A stretch of DNA of 64,000 nt from NCBI GenBank assembly GCA_051546255.1, contig CP128821.1, positions 1 through 64,000 on the forward strand, written 5' to 3'. The position numbers and the translations under genes are program-made. Positions 50,171-60,435 of the stretch are shown one piece after another (within the stretch, counting starts at the first letter, position 1; each line of letters begins with the position of its first letter). A model generated the notes under the pieces. That model did not search any database. It saw only the letters and a program-made list of their open reading frames with translations, and was not told where the DNA came from. The DNA comes from Meyerozyma guilliermondii. Taxonomy: Eukaryota.

Positions 50171-51052
50171 ATGCCTAGCGCTATACCAAATTTCCACCAT
50201 AACGAGATTGCAGATCAAGGATTCACCATAGTCCGGGGATTTTTGACACCGGAAGAAATCGCCAAATATCGCAGTGCTTCGGAAAAACTAGTACAATATG
50301 CCCGCGACGGACACTGGCCTCATGTACGTACCAGAGGAAAGCAATTTCCTCCATGGCCCGAGAACTTTAGTCCTGATATATGGGGCATCTCGGGTTTGTT
50401 AAATCCGGATTTGGGGGAACTTTCTGTTCCTTTTCAAGAATGTTATTCTTCCGATAAGCTTTTGGCAATTGCGCAGGATATTCTACAAACTGATAAAGAC
50501 CATTTGTCGATGGAATTGTTCAACATGTTGATTAATCCGTTGACAGACTTTGATTTGGATTGGCACCGTGACTATATAAAGCCGGAGGTGACTCCTGAAG
50601 AAGAGGCAGAACAATTGCTTTTGGATCCATATGCTGGAACCCAATTCAATCTTCCTTTAACTGAAGATAGTTGTCTCATTGTAATTCCAGGTTCCCACAG
50701 GCGTATAAGAACCGCTGAGGAGAGAGAGAAAACCAGTAACGAGAATCGCAAAGAGTTCATCACAGGCCAGATCACGGTGGATTTGCACCCAGGAGATGTG
50801 GTTTTTTACAACAGTAACATTCTTCATCGTGCTTCATACTCGGCAAAAAACACTCGGTTGACTCTCCATGGGTCCTATGGTCACATTGATCACGGCAAGA
50901 CCAGAGCAAAGGGTGTTTTGCAACATGGTGTGGCAGAATGGCTTCCAAGGTTCCATCCTCAAAATGAAAATTTGAAGCTTTTGAGGTCCAAGTTGGAGGT
51001 CTTGGCTAATGAGTTTAAGGATAAGGACTTGGGATACTCATTGGAGGGATAG
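50171..51052 (+). CDS. Phytanoyl-CoA dioxygenase (PhyH)-family Fe(II)/2-oxoglutarate dioxygenase
   Basis: Motifs WHRD (HxD), VIPGSH, PGDVVFYNSNILH and R-TLH. Confidence 0.85.
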   Translation: MPSAIPNFHHNEIADQGFTIVRGFLTPEEIAKYRSASEKLVQYARDGHWPHVRTRGKQFPPWPENFSPDIWGISGLLNPDLGELSVPFQECYSSDKLLAIAQDILQTDKDHLSMELFNMLINPLTDFDLDWHRDYIKPEVTPEEEAEQLLLDPYAGTQFNLPLTEDSCLIVIPGSHRRIRTAEEREKTSNENRKEFITGQITVDLHPGDVVFYNSNILHRASYSAKNTRLTLHGSYGHIDHGKTRAKGVLQHGVAEWLPRFHPQNENLKLLRSKLEVLANEFKDKDLGYSLEG

Positions 51053-51094
51053 CTTGAATATTCTGTTGGTCAGTAGTTAAATATTGATATGATA

Positions 51095-52414
51095 TCATGG
51101 AAAAAAAGTAGCCAAGAGATGGTATTCCTCGTTTGGGATGGTGTATCCTGAAGCAACAATATCATAGAGTCGGCTATCAAAATCATCAGTCCAGCCGTCA
51201 AACATGAAAAAGTTGTACTCTTTGTACCACTCAATATACTCCATCCAAATGTTGGGTGTACGTTTTAAGTAAAACTTGCAAATCATATTCATACAAGTGT
51301 ACGCATACACCAACTTTATGGCAAAAAAGAGTCGTTCTCGTTTCACGTAATCATAAAGATCGTTCTTGACAAGAAAAATCCATTTGTAGAGGGGAAGTGG
51401 AAAGTTTTGTTCGATGGAACTGAACATTAAAACTTTGAACATATTAAGAGCCTGCAACAAATTTTCATATTGGGCAGTAGTCACCATGGCTTCATTATGG
51501 TACTCTTCTAGCTTGGCCAGCAAGTATTTAACGAAGGGATACGAGCCAGGATTGGGAGGAGGGGACAAAACCTCATCTTTGTAGAACAAAGCAGAAAATT
51601 GCGAGTTGTAAAGCAATGGAAATGCTTTGACCATTGATTCTTTCATGCCGCTACACATCGATAGCAAATCTGGCTGAGACGAGTCATGGCTAACAAAAGG
51701 TAGAAGCTGGTGGGTTTGCAATGCAAAGAAGGAGAACAATAAGATTCCAGAAATGACAACTTCGGCAGCTTCATTGATAGTAGTCAAGACTTTTTGCTCG
51801 GTAGAAAGTTCGTGTATGAGTTTAGAGGTGTCTCTGAGTGTCTCACTGTAGTAGTCTATGGTTTTCTCTCTAAGAAACTCACTAACATTGGGGATACTCT
51901 GAAGATCTTGCAAGTTGCAAAAAGTCATATACTTCAGAGTGGACTGTTCACAAGATTCATAAATCCAACTAGAAAGGTCAAAGAGATTCCACAAGTTCAA
52001 AGAGCAAAGCGAGAAGATGCTGCTTCGTACCAATGGCGACTCGTGAAAGAGACGCGGCACTTGCACCTGCCACAAATTTCTTAGTGGAGGTTGTTTCATC
52101 TCGCCTGGAACAAGGTACACCTCATGAAAATATTTTAGTAGACGACACTCAAAGTTTGATATGCCGATGTGACGCAGTGGCGAGTTGAGCGGGCGCTGTT
52201 TGTGCCACACTACTGCTTCGTAAGAATTGGGATCATGAATATCATCTGAAGGGTAATTGTCTACGTAAATGCATTCTCGGTTTGTGTGCTCACAGTACTC
52301 ACATTTGGGTCTGACCTCGTTACACTTGATCTTGAGCCGTTTGCAACTCAAGCATCTGTTTTTCCGGGTCCTGTTTCGCCTTTTGGTGTTGGGAGGGTCA
52401 TTATATATTTGCAT
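51095..52414 (-). CDS. Zn(II)2Cys6 transcription factor (tandem paralog 1)
   Basis: CLSCKRLKIKCNEVRPKCEYCEHTNREC; W-QVPRLF; QPDLLS. Confidence 0.88.
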   Translation of the reverse strand: MQIYNDPPNTKRRNRTRKNRCLSCKRLKIKCNEVRPKCEYCEHTNRECIYVDNYPSDDIHDPNSYEAVVWHKQRPLNSPLRHIGISNFECRLLKYFHEVYLVPGEMKQPPLRNLWQVQVPRLFHESPLVRSSIFSLCSLNLWNLFDLSSWIYESCEQSTLKYMTFCNLQDLQSIPNVSEFLREKTIDYYSETLRDTSKLIHELSTEQKVLTTINEAAEVVISGILLFSFFALQTHQLLPFVSHDSSQPDLLSMCSGMKESMVKAFPLLYNSQFSALFYKDEVLSPPPNPGSYPFVKYLLAKLEEYHNEAMVTTAQYENLLQALNMFKVLMFSSIEQNFPLPLYKWIFLVKNDLYDYVKRERLFFAIKLVYAYTCMNMICKFYLKRTPNIWMEYIEWYKEYNFFMFDGWTDDFDSRLYDIVASGYTIPNEEYHLLATFFP

Positions 52415-52490
52415 AAGAATTAAGTCTACTTGGCTCAAATTAACGTTTAGCGCGCACAGCCTTATGCGGCGCTCAATGCAGGAACTCGAT

Positions 52491-53768
52491 TCATGGTAGA
52501 AACCTATTCAAGATACTTAGGTCTCCGCTGTTGAACAAAAAGTTGGCGTACACCATGCGGTAGAGATTCTCGTCAAAGTCGTCTCGCCAGAACCCATTTT
52601 TCATACTGTACAATTTGTACCACTCGATATAATCGAGCCACATATTGGCCCTGCGGCTGGTGTAAAACTTGCAAAAAATATTCAAGCAGCAGTAAGCGTA
52701 GAGTAGCTTGAAGCCAAAGTACGCATTTTCATGGCGTATATAGTCGTAGACTTCACTGTCAATCAAAAAAACCCATCGATAAAGAATCATGCTTGACTTG
52801 TGTGCGACAGAAGCAGTGAAGAGAAGCTCCAACATTCGCAATGAATTGGTGTAGTGTTTTAGTTGGGTTTCGGTCACATCTCCGTCGCTGTGTAGTTGCA
52901 GAACGTAGTCGATCAAGTATTCCACAAACGGGTATTTCGTGGTGGTCTCTGGTATGTTTGGAAAATCTTTACTTTGGAACAAGGCCGAATATGAAGTGCC
53001 GAGAAGCATTGGGTAGCACATCATCAATGTTTCCTTCACGCCCTGACAGATGGAAATGAGGTCTGGCTGGGCAGGATCAAAGCTTAGCAACGGCAAGAGA
53101 TTATTGGACTGTAATGCTAGGAATGTGAAGAACATGGAACCGGAAAACGTGAGTTCTGCCGCCTCTTCAACGGTAGCGATTTTTCTAACGCCAGTTGAAA
53201 GTTCGGCCATTCGTGCACTCATATGCTTTATAGTGCTCATGTAGTACATATCGATCAATTCGATCAAATTTTGTCGAGAATTGGGAGTTTCGCTCATCGC
53301 CGATAATGCCATTCCTCGCGCTTCTTCGTCCACTTCTGCCACTTCCACCCAACTTGTTAAGTCACAAAGACCTCGTACGCTCACAGCACTGAGTGAAAGC
53401 AAGCTATTACGAACCAAGGGCGAGCCCTGGAAAAGTTGGGGCACTTGGACCAGCCAGAGCCGTTGCGCAGAGGCATCTTTGATTTTTTTTGGTACTACGA
53501 TTTCGTCAAAGTATCGTAGCAATTGGAACTCAAATGAGGTGATTCCAAGGTGCCGACTAAGGGCATTCAACAGGCCCTGTTTCATCCAAATCACAGCTTC
53601 GGAGGTGTCAGAACCAGAGTCTGATGAAGGAGAATCGTCCTCATATACGCATTGACGATTCGTGTGATCACAGTATTCGCAAATTGGTCTCGCTTCATTG
53701 CACTTGATTTTCAACTTTCTGCAACTAATGCATTTATTTTTTCTTGAACCATGTCGCTTTGGAGCCAT
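52491..53768 (-). CDS. Zn(II)2Cys6 transcription factor (tandem paralog 2)
   Basis: CISCRKLKIKCNEARPICEYCDHTNRQC; QVPQLF; QPDLIS. Confidence 0.9.
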   Translation of the reverse strand: MAPKRHGSRKNKCISCRKLKIKCNEARPICEYCDHTNRQCVYEDDSPSSDSGSDTSEAVIWMKQGLLNALSRHLGITSFEFQLLRYFDEIVVPKKIKDASAQRLWLVQVPQLFQGSPLVRNSLLSLSAVSVRGLCDLTSWVEVAEVDEEARGMALSAMSETPNSRQNLIELIDMYYMSTIKHMSARMAELSTGVRKIATVEEAAELTFSGSMFFTFLALQSNNLLPLLSFDPAQPDLISICQGVKETLMMCYPMLLGTSYSALFQSKDFPNIPETTTKYPFVEYLIDYVLQLHSDGDVTETQLKHYTNSLRMLELLFTASVAHKSSMILYRWVFLIDSEVYDYIRHENAYFGFKLLYAYCCLNIFCKFYTSRRANMWLDYIEWYKLYSMKNGFWRDDFDENLYRMVYANFLFNSGDLSILNRFLP

Positions 53769-54087
53769 TGGAGTAGTCGATGCATAAGGCGATTGAAACT
53801 GAAGACCTCAGATCAATTTATTCCACTGAGTCTTTTTGTTATTTTTGGAATCAAAGTGAATTTGAAAATTCTCGTTTTCTTGTTGGTGGGGTTGTCCGCT
53901 TATCGTATTGTATCCACTAGATCCTGATAGTACCCACTAATACAATTAGTACTTTTGTTTCAGATCTTTGCTAGCGCACTTTATATGTCTAATTTCGCAT
54001 CACTTTTCTTGGCACCCGTAATTGTATGACTTTTGAGCCCTTTCCTCAATAACCATTAACACCCATACACCAAACAACGGTGCTGCA

Positions 54088-55392
54088 CTATAACGGTCGA
54101 CCTGCGTATTGCAATGTCTTGCAGCTGTCAGGAAACCTATATAGTATGGCGTAATTATCATCAGCAAATAAAAATTCTGAGTAAACAAGCTCATAAAGCA
54201 GCTCGTCAAACCAGTCCTCCCATCCTCCAGTGGCCATGCTTTGGGTTTTATACCATTCGATGTAATCGATCCAGAGGTTGCAATATCGGTGGAAATAAAA
54301 CTTGCAGAAAATGTTCAAACAGCTGTATGCATAAAGAAGCTTCAATGCAAATTTATCGTGCTCCACACGCATGTAGCGATAAACTTCGGCGTCGTGGAAA
54401 AAAATCCATTTGTAGAAAATAGACGACGACTTTTGTTTGGCTGCGGCTGCGAAAAGTTTATTCAAGGTTTTGAGCGTTTCTTCATAATGGGAAAATTTGG
54501 TAGAAGAAATCAGTTCTAATTCATGCAATTGAGTAAGGTGGTTGTGAAGAAACGTAATAAACGGAAACTCGTGTTTTTCGTCAGAATTGGCAAGGAAATC
54601 GTTATGAAATAGGGCAGAGTACTGCGATTGGTATAAGAGAGGAAAGCATAAAACCATGGATTCTCGCATACCAAAGCTCATAGATATCAAATCTGGTTGG
54701 TTTGGGTCTGAATTGAGAAGAGGAACGATTTTTTCCGTTTGCAATACCAAAAATGAAAAGAGCATTGCTCCCGAAAATACAACCTCAGCTGCTTCATGGA
54801 CAGTATTCAACACTTTTTCTCGAGAGATAAGCTTGTCGACGATGGAAAACGTATCTGCGAGCATTTTCATGTAGAAATGGCTAACAGAAGTTTGAAGGAA
54901 TCGCCGAAAACTGTTCAAATCATGAATAGGTTCAGGGAAAAAACCGGTATCCAAATTAACATTTTCAGGATCTATCCACCGGGACAAATCACAACGGCCT
55001 AGAAGACACAACGTGGAGAGTGAGTAAATGCTATTTTGGACTACTGAGGATTCGTGGAATAGTCGTGGAACCTGGGTCTGCCACATTTCTTGCACGGGTT
55101 GTTCTTTGACTTTTTCTGGTAACAAGCCTTCATGAAAATACATGATAAGCCGGTACTGGAACGGTGTGATTCCCATGTGGCGTGGGGGTGAGTTTAGCGA
55201 CGTTTGGTGAGTCCATACAATAGTTTCGGTGGAAGACGAGTTCGTTTGAGCTATAGTGGTAGATGGAAATAAGTCATAATTACATTGACGGTTGGTAGCA
55301 TTGCAGTACTCACAAGGAAGAGCACCGTCACATTTTATCTTGAGCCGCCTGCAGCTCGCACACCTTTTCTTTTTGGTTTTATATTTGTTCAT
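54088..55392 (-). CDS. Zn(II)2Cys6 transcription factor (tandem paralog 3)
   Basis: CASCRRLKIKCDGALPCEYCNATNRQC; QVPRLF; QPDLIS. Confidence 0.9.
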   Translation of the reverse strand: MNKYKTKKKRCASCRRLKIKCDGALPCEYCNATNRQCNYDLFPSTTIAQTNSSSTETIVWTHQTSLNSPPRHMGITPFQYRLIMYFHEGLLPEKVKEQPVQEMWQTQVPRLFHESSVVQNSIYSLSTLCLLGRCDLSRWIDPENVNLDTGFFPEPIHDLNSFRRFLQTSVSHFYMKMLADTFSIVDKLISREKVLNTVHEAAEVVFSGAMLFSFLVLQTEKIVPLLNSDPNQPDLISMSFGMRESMVLCFPLLYQSQYSALFHNDFLANSDEKHEFPFITFLHNHLTQLHELELISSTKFSHYEETLKTLNKLFAAAAKQKSSSIFYKWIFFHDAEVYRYMRVEHDKFALKLLYAYSCLNIFCKFYFHRYCNLWIDYIEWYKTQSMATGGWEDWFDELLYELVYSEFLFADDNYAILYRFPDSCKTLQYAGRPL

Positions 55393-55450
55393 TGGTTCAT
55401 GGAGTCATTGTGAAGAGCCGTGCGAAGCGAGGGCGCGCCGAAATAAAGAA

Positions 55451-55640
55451 AACTGAGCTGCGCGGGGGCTAATTACTGCGAAAAAGGTTCTAAAATAGCG
55501 AGAACTGAGCTGCGCGGCCTCCAATTACTGCGAAAAAAGGTACCAAATAGCGAGAATTGAGACTGCGCCGCCCCTAATTAGTGCGAAAATAGCGACAGCC
55601 AAATGCGCGGGCCGCTAATTTCTGCCAATATAGCGAGAAT
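55451..55640. repeat. Degenerate 52-bp tandem repeat (3-4 units) in a divergent promoter
   Basis: Units of aactgagctgcgcgg..(c)taattactgcgaaaa..aaatagcgag start at 55451, 55503 and 55555, with a partial unit near 55601. Confidence 0.8.
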
Positions 55641-55879
55641 CTCGGCTGCAAATGCTAAATGAGATACAACATAATATCAACCAGAGCATAAAAGAGATAC
55701 AAAGAAACAAAAGCATCCAAATAGAATCCCGCAATCTTCCTCAATATAACGTCCCAGCTTCGCTTCCTTAAATCAGCCCCTTCCCAATTTTTTTGTCCCG
55801 CTCTTCTTCCCCGGACACCAATGCACCACGTACTCCGATCTTTGTCGATAATCGCGGCCGCTAATCGCGACCTCCTATC

Positions 55880-57943
55880 ATGACCCAGGACCATCCCGCT
55901 CCTCCCACGCTGCTCCCATATGGAGACGGCTCGAGCAAGGTTTACGGTATGGAGAACTTTGGCAATACCTGCTATTGTAACTCAATCCTTCAATGTTTAT
56001 ACTATTCCGACAAATTTCGAACCAAGTTAGCTCTCCACAATATCACCCAACACAACCGAAAAGAGGTGATGGCTGGGGTTAAAAACCACAATTTCACTCT
56101 CAAGTACGAGCTGTTGGTCCAGAAACGTTTGCGTGAACAACCGAAAAATGCAGCCATAGAAAACGGTACTTCTGAACGAGTAAAACCCACGAGAAAAGGA
56201 TCATTATTTGGACTCAAGTTCAACACCAGCACAACAAACAGCGTCAACACCAGCTCCACAGACGATAGCCTGAGAAAATGGTACATCACAGAAGCCAAAA
56301 ACTGTGACGCTTTGCTGGCAGAACAGAAACTCTTGATTCGCAAAAATCCCGAATTCCAAGATCTTCCAGTAATGGTCACCAGACACACGTCTTCGCCGTT
56401 GGAATTGGCGGAAAAGAGCGACAATTCGCAGTCGTCATCGATGCTTCTTAATGAAAAAACTGAAAAAAGTAATACCCCCACATCTGTCAAAGAAGGCTCC
56501 ATCACATCCCAGTCGTGCTTCATTATCGTGGGTATTCCCCAACCCGAAGTCGACTTGGTCAATCCCATCAACCCCTTCAACCCCAATCCCTCATCAGACC
56601 ACCGCAAAAGATCTGCTCTCATCAATGGACCCATTATCAACCTCGATCATTCGCTTCAACTTCCCACCCAACAGTCCGACGAAACCGCCTTGCTCTATGC
56701 TCTCAAGGACATGTTCGAGTGTATGATCGAGAACAAGTCTCAGATTGGCGTGGTTTCTCCTTCACATTTTATAACCAAACTCAAGGAGAAAAACTATCTT
56801 TTTCGCCAGGTGAATATGCACCAAGATGCCCACGAATTTTACAACTATTTGATCAACGAAATCATCGAAGTTGTGGACAAAGAATGCGGTCCCAATAACA
56901 ACTGGTGCAACGAGATCTTTCAAGGAATGATCACCAACGAAACCAAATGCATTTCTTGCGAAACCATCACCTCCAAAGAAGAGGAGTTTCTCGACTTGTC
57001 CATCGATATTCCACCGGGAGACGCCGCCTACTCGTTGACCCACTGCCTCAACAACTTCTCGCGGCTGGAAACACTCACCCACCAAAACAAATTCTACTGC
57101 AACAATTGCTGCTCTCTCCAAGAAGCCACCAAAACCATCAAGCTCAAAAAGCTCCCCGAAGTGCTCGTGATCAACTTCAAGCGGTTCAAGTACGACGAGT
57201 CCGTAGACAAAATGGTCAAGTTGTTTGATTCCATATCGTACCCGTTCAAGCTCAGGCTCTTCAATACCTCAGCAAAGGGTCAAACCGAAGACTTTACTCT
57301 CTACGAACTATACGCTCTTGTGATCCATATTGGTGGAGGTCCCATGCACGGTCATTATGTGGCTTTATGCAAAGTAAAGGCTCAATTATGGCTACTTTTT
57401 GACGACGAAACGGTGGAAGTTGTTGACGATTCTTTCGTTCTCAAGTTCTTTGGCAATGGTCCAGGACTAGCTAGTGCCTATATTCTCTTTTACCAAAAGG
57501 TCCACATGGCAGGTTTATTGGGATTCAAAGAGGAGGACGTTTATTGTGGAGAAGACTGGTTGCCCCAAAGACACAATTCGGCTGAGACTGTCCAGGCAAA
57601 AAGCCAACCGGAAGTATGGTCTACCCACAGCTCGGAAAGTGGATCGACAGACTCGATAAAAGATTTATCAAGCAGTGCCGTTTTTGACAAAAACCCATTC
57701 AAAAAGAACTACAAAATTGAGAATAAAGAAGATACGATTTCAAGAACCTCATCAACGAAAGAAAAACAACCAGAAAAGAAAACTTGGGTTGGAGGACTCA
57801 AAAGAAGACAATCTAAAAACGATGTTCCCACTGACCGGAAGGCTTCGACCGGAAGTGTAATGAGCACTCCAAGCACCAATTCCGATAAAGAAAAGAGAAA
57901 GAGCTTTTTTGGGTTCAAGAGAAAGCAAAAGCTGGAGAAGTGA
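55880..57943 (+). CDS. UBP13: Ubiquitin-specific protease (UBP9/UBP13 ortholog)
   Basis: Cys box GMENFGNTCYCNSILQCLY, HQDAHEF, His box HIGGGPMHGHYV, and FDDETVE. Confidence 0.88.
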   Translation: MTQDHPAPPTLLPYGDGSSKVYGMENFGNTCYCNSILQCLYYSDKFRTKLALHNITQHNRKEVMAGVKNHNFTLKYELLVQKRLREQPKNAAIENGTSERVKPTRKGSLFGLKFNTSTTNSVNTSSTDDSLRKWYITEAKNCDALLAEQKLLIRKNPEFQDLPVMVTRHTSSPLELAEKSDNSQSSSMLLNEKTEKSNTPTSVKEGSITSQSCFIIVGIPQPEVDLVNPINPFNPNPSSDHRKRSALINGPIINLDHSLQLPTQQSDETALLYALKDMFECMIENKSQIGVVSPSHFITKLKEKNYLFRQVNMHQDAHEFYNYLINEIIEVVDKECGPNNNWCNEIFQGMITNETKCISCETITSKEEEFLDLSIDIPPGDAAYSLTHCLNNFSRLETLTHQNKFYCNNCCSLQEATKTIKLKKLPEVLVINFKRFKYDESVDKMVKLFDSISYPFKLRLFNTSAKGQTEDFTLYELYALVIHIGGGPMHGHYVALCKVKAQLWLLFDDETVEVVDDSFVLKFFGNGPGLASAYILFYQKVHMAGLLGFKEEDVYCGEDWLPQRHNSAETVQAKSQPEVWSTHSSESGSTDSIKDLSSSAVFDKNPFKKNYKIENKEDTISRTSSTKEKQPEKKTWVGGLKRRQSKNDVPTDRKASTGSVMSTPSTNSDKEKRKSFFGFKRKQKLEK

Positions 57944-58059
57944 AAAGAAACGGAGAAACGAGAGGGAAATGAAACGAAAGGAAATGAAACGGTACCGAGT
58001 CAGCTCGCTTCGCATCGCTAACTCGCATCGCTAACTCGACTCCGACTCCGCCGATGGGC

Positions 58060-58068
58060 TCACGTGAC
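58060..58068. promoter_or_regulatory. Cbf1-type E-box TCACGTGA upstream of MXR1
   Basis: tcacgtgac at 58060-58068, about 45 bp before the ATG. A second GTCACGTGAC lies at 59890-59899. Confidence 0.5.
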
Positions 58069-58111
58069 ATGTGATCATAAATTCAGTGCTGCTTACGAAT
58101 GGCTCTTTACG

Positions 58112-58666
58112 ATGACCAGTGTATCTTCGACATTAGCTACCACCAGCACTTCCAAATTGATCACCCTTGCCGCAGGGTGCTTCTGGGGTGTAGAGAAGGT
58201 GTTCCGTAAGCAATTTGGTGGAAAAGGATTGATTGACATCAAGGTTGGATATGCCAATGGCATCCCCACAATCGGCAATGTGAATTATGAAAAAGTATGC
58301 AGTGGGTCTACAGAGTTTGTGGAGGCTGTACAGCTCTCTTATGAGCCAGAGAATCTTCAATTGGAGGCTATTTTGGACATTTTCTTCAGAATGCACGATC
58401 CTACCACCGTCAATTCTCAGGGTCCTGACAAGGGAACCCAATATAGATCTGCGATTATGACTCATGATGACAAGGATAACAAAGTGGCATGGGAAATCAA
58501 GCAAAAAATGCAAGCGGAATGGTACCCTGGACACCAAATCGTCACTATTATTGAGCCCATCAAGGTGTGGCATGATGCTGAAAACTACCACCAACAGTAT
58601 TTGGCAAAAAACCCAGGAGGATACGACTGTCCCACACACTTTATAAGGACGAAGCCCAAGGCATGA
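58112..58666 (+). CDS. MXR1: Peptide methionine sulfoxide reductase MsrA
   Basis: Motifs GCFWG, VGYANG, HDPTTVNSQGPDKGTQYRS, AENYHQQY and GYDCPTH. ATG at 58112. Confidence 0.95.
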   Translation: MTSVSSTLATTSTSKLITLAAGCFWGVEKVFRKQFGGKGLIDIKVGYANGIPTIGNVNYEKVCSGSTEFVEAVQLSYEPENLQLEAILDIFFRMHDPTTVNSQGPDKGTQYRSAIMTHDDKDNKVAWEIKQKMQAEWYPGHQIVTIIEPIKVWHDAENYHQQYLAKNPGGYDCPTHFIRTKPKA

Positions 58667-58764
58667 ACACAAAAAAATGGAAGATTGGGTTATCTTAAGA
58701 GTATGATAATAAGGACGTATGAATTGTACTGTAGAGATATAGTAGAGAAGTGTAATTGCTCTAT

Positions 58765-58944
58765 TGAGAATTTGTTGTGGAGTTCCTGGAAGCTCAAAAA
58801 GTTCAATTGGTCAAACCAACGAAAAAGAGCTTAAAATAATGCACAGCTAGCCGTAGTATTTATAAGGAGCACCCCACTCAATACCGTTATAATTGCCCAT
58901 GCGAGAATATCTACACTGGGTGTACTGGTGTAAAGTGAATCTCA
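58765..58944 (+). repeat. ~180-bp dispersed direct repeat, copy 1 (TG...CA ends, telomere-like core)
   Basis: Aligns with 61501-61685 (shared tcaattggtcaaaccaac, gaaaaagagc, aaataatgcaca, ctagccgtagta, caataccgtt, gggtgtactg). Confidence 0.85.
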
Positions 58945-59336
58945 CCCACACGCAAACCTCTTCTACTTCGACTGCGATTCGATGGTTCCTATACGTTCAA
59001 CCCGCATCAAGGGAGTGGTACTCAACATTACCAATGTATGATATGGCTGTGGTGTCAAGCTCAATTGACACTGGCTAGCTTCGGATGGCATAAACCGGTG
59101 CAGAGAATGAAGAACGGAAAGAATGAAGGAACGGAAAGAATAAGAAACAGAAAGTATAAAGTAGAGGAAAAGATAGCAGAATCAGGCTGAACGCTCATTT
59201 TCAGGTACATTTGGCCGGCTATACCACTTTTTTTCACGGCTCTAGGCTTGGCAGTCGCATCTACTCAAAACCTAGCTTTTATCGCAGCGAACCTTTGATA
59301 ATTTCTTGATCAAAAGTGGAGGAAAAAATCACTGAT

Positions 59337-59666
59337 ATGGAGGAAAAAATTACTGAAGAAAATATGGCCGAGAATGTGAAAAACTTTTGCGTCAAGCTAT
59401 GGAAAGATCGTTTCGTACTTTTGATTATTGCTGTTCTCTTGTGTTTGGTATTCTTTATAGTCAAAGCTTGTGCGGAGAATGATCCCCGTTTTGGTTTGCA
59501 CTATTTGGCAGTTGTTTATGGGTTGGGTACAACAGGACTGTTGGTCTTAGTAATCTATTTTATTCGAAAGAAGGAACCATTAAACGTGATTATAAACTTA
59601 TTTTTTCTTCTTATGTGTTGTGGGTTCTGTTATTTGCTTTACGATGGTTACAGCGAATTAGAGTAA
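59337..59666 (+). CDS. Small hypothetical membrane protein (about 3 TM, 109 aa)
   Basis: ATG-initiated ORF with three hydrophobic segments. The start region is a 21-bp tandem duplication (EEKITD/EEKITE). No recognised family. Confidence 0.55.
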   Translation: MEEKITEENMAENVKNFCVKLWKDRFVLLIIAVLLCLVFFIVKACAENDPRFGLHYLAVVYGLGTTGLLVLVIYFIRKKEPLNVIINLFFLLMCCGFCYLLYDGYSELE

Positions 59667-60435
59667 TGCAAATACAAAGACTCTTCCCTTTAAATTATTT
59701 ACCATTGAAATTAGCAGCTTATAAGTGAAATTGAATATATTCATCTTTAGTATTCGTATTTTCTTCCTACGCACTGTAGGTCTCGAACAGAGCACCTGTA
59801 AGTCCGCGACCTACCTGGTGGTCATTCTTCATGCATGTTGTGCATTTGATGTAGTTGGCGACCCCCAGATGCATTGACGCAGACGAATAGTCACGTGACC
59901 CATTTTGGACTAGAAGTGTATTCTGGGTTTCTCAAAAGGCTCAAATATACTCAGAAACCACGGTATTAAAAGCTTTATGACATGCTGTAGTCACGAAACA
60001 TCACAGGTTGGCAACTTTAACAACCACATAGCTTTCTACTTGGTTGCAAAATCTGCCGTGCGGCTCGCAAGCCTCACGCGATAAGAGGTTGCATGCATAC
60101 GTAGGTGCGGCTTTCACCGAGCCAAATTGTACATGTAACACCAAAAGATTCACTATTTCGCTCATGACCTGACACTCTTACAATGTAGTATAAATCACCT
60201 AATCGCTCTTGAATACTAGAAGCAAGTGAGATAAATGTAAATAATTTTGTGACATAATATTTCAAGTATGCTGCTTTTAATATTGCAGGTGAATTGCATG
60301 GATACTTGCAGGGGTTGTCCCTTCGAAGCATGCAATGCCATGCAGCCGTTCGATTTGCATTTTGATTTAGACACGATCTACGTATAAAAGACCTGTTGTC
60401 GCGGTTGTACTGTTGTAATTTCTTCTTCATCACAA

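Noticed and set aside
56002..57228. Long antisense or alternative-frame ORFs within UBP13 (and similar ones inside other genes)
   Set aside because: Shadow ORFs of real coding sequence with no independent protein features.
57941..58050. GAAAC/GAAAT-rich run and cgcatcgctaact / gactcc micro-duplications
   Set aside because: Low-complexity slippage in a short intergenic region, with no evidence of function.
58700..59300. Telomerase RNA gene
   Set aside because: Only the 14-nt template-like match is seen. It lies inside a duplicated element, and I could not identify a pseudoknot, three-way junction or well-placed Sm site.
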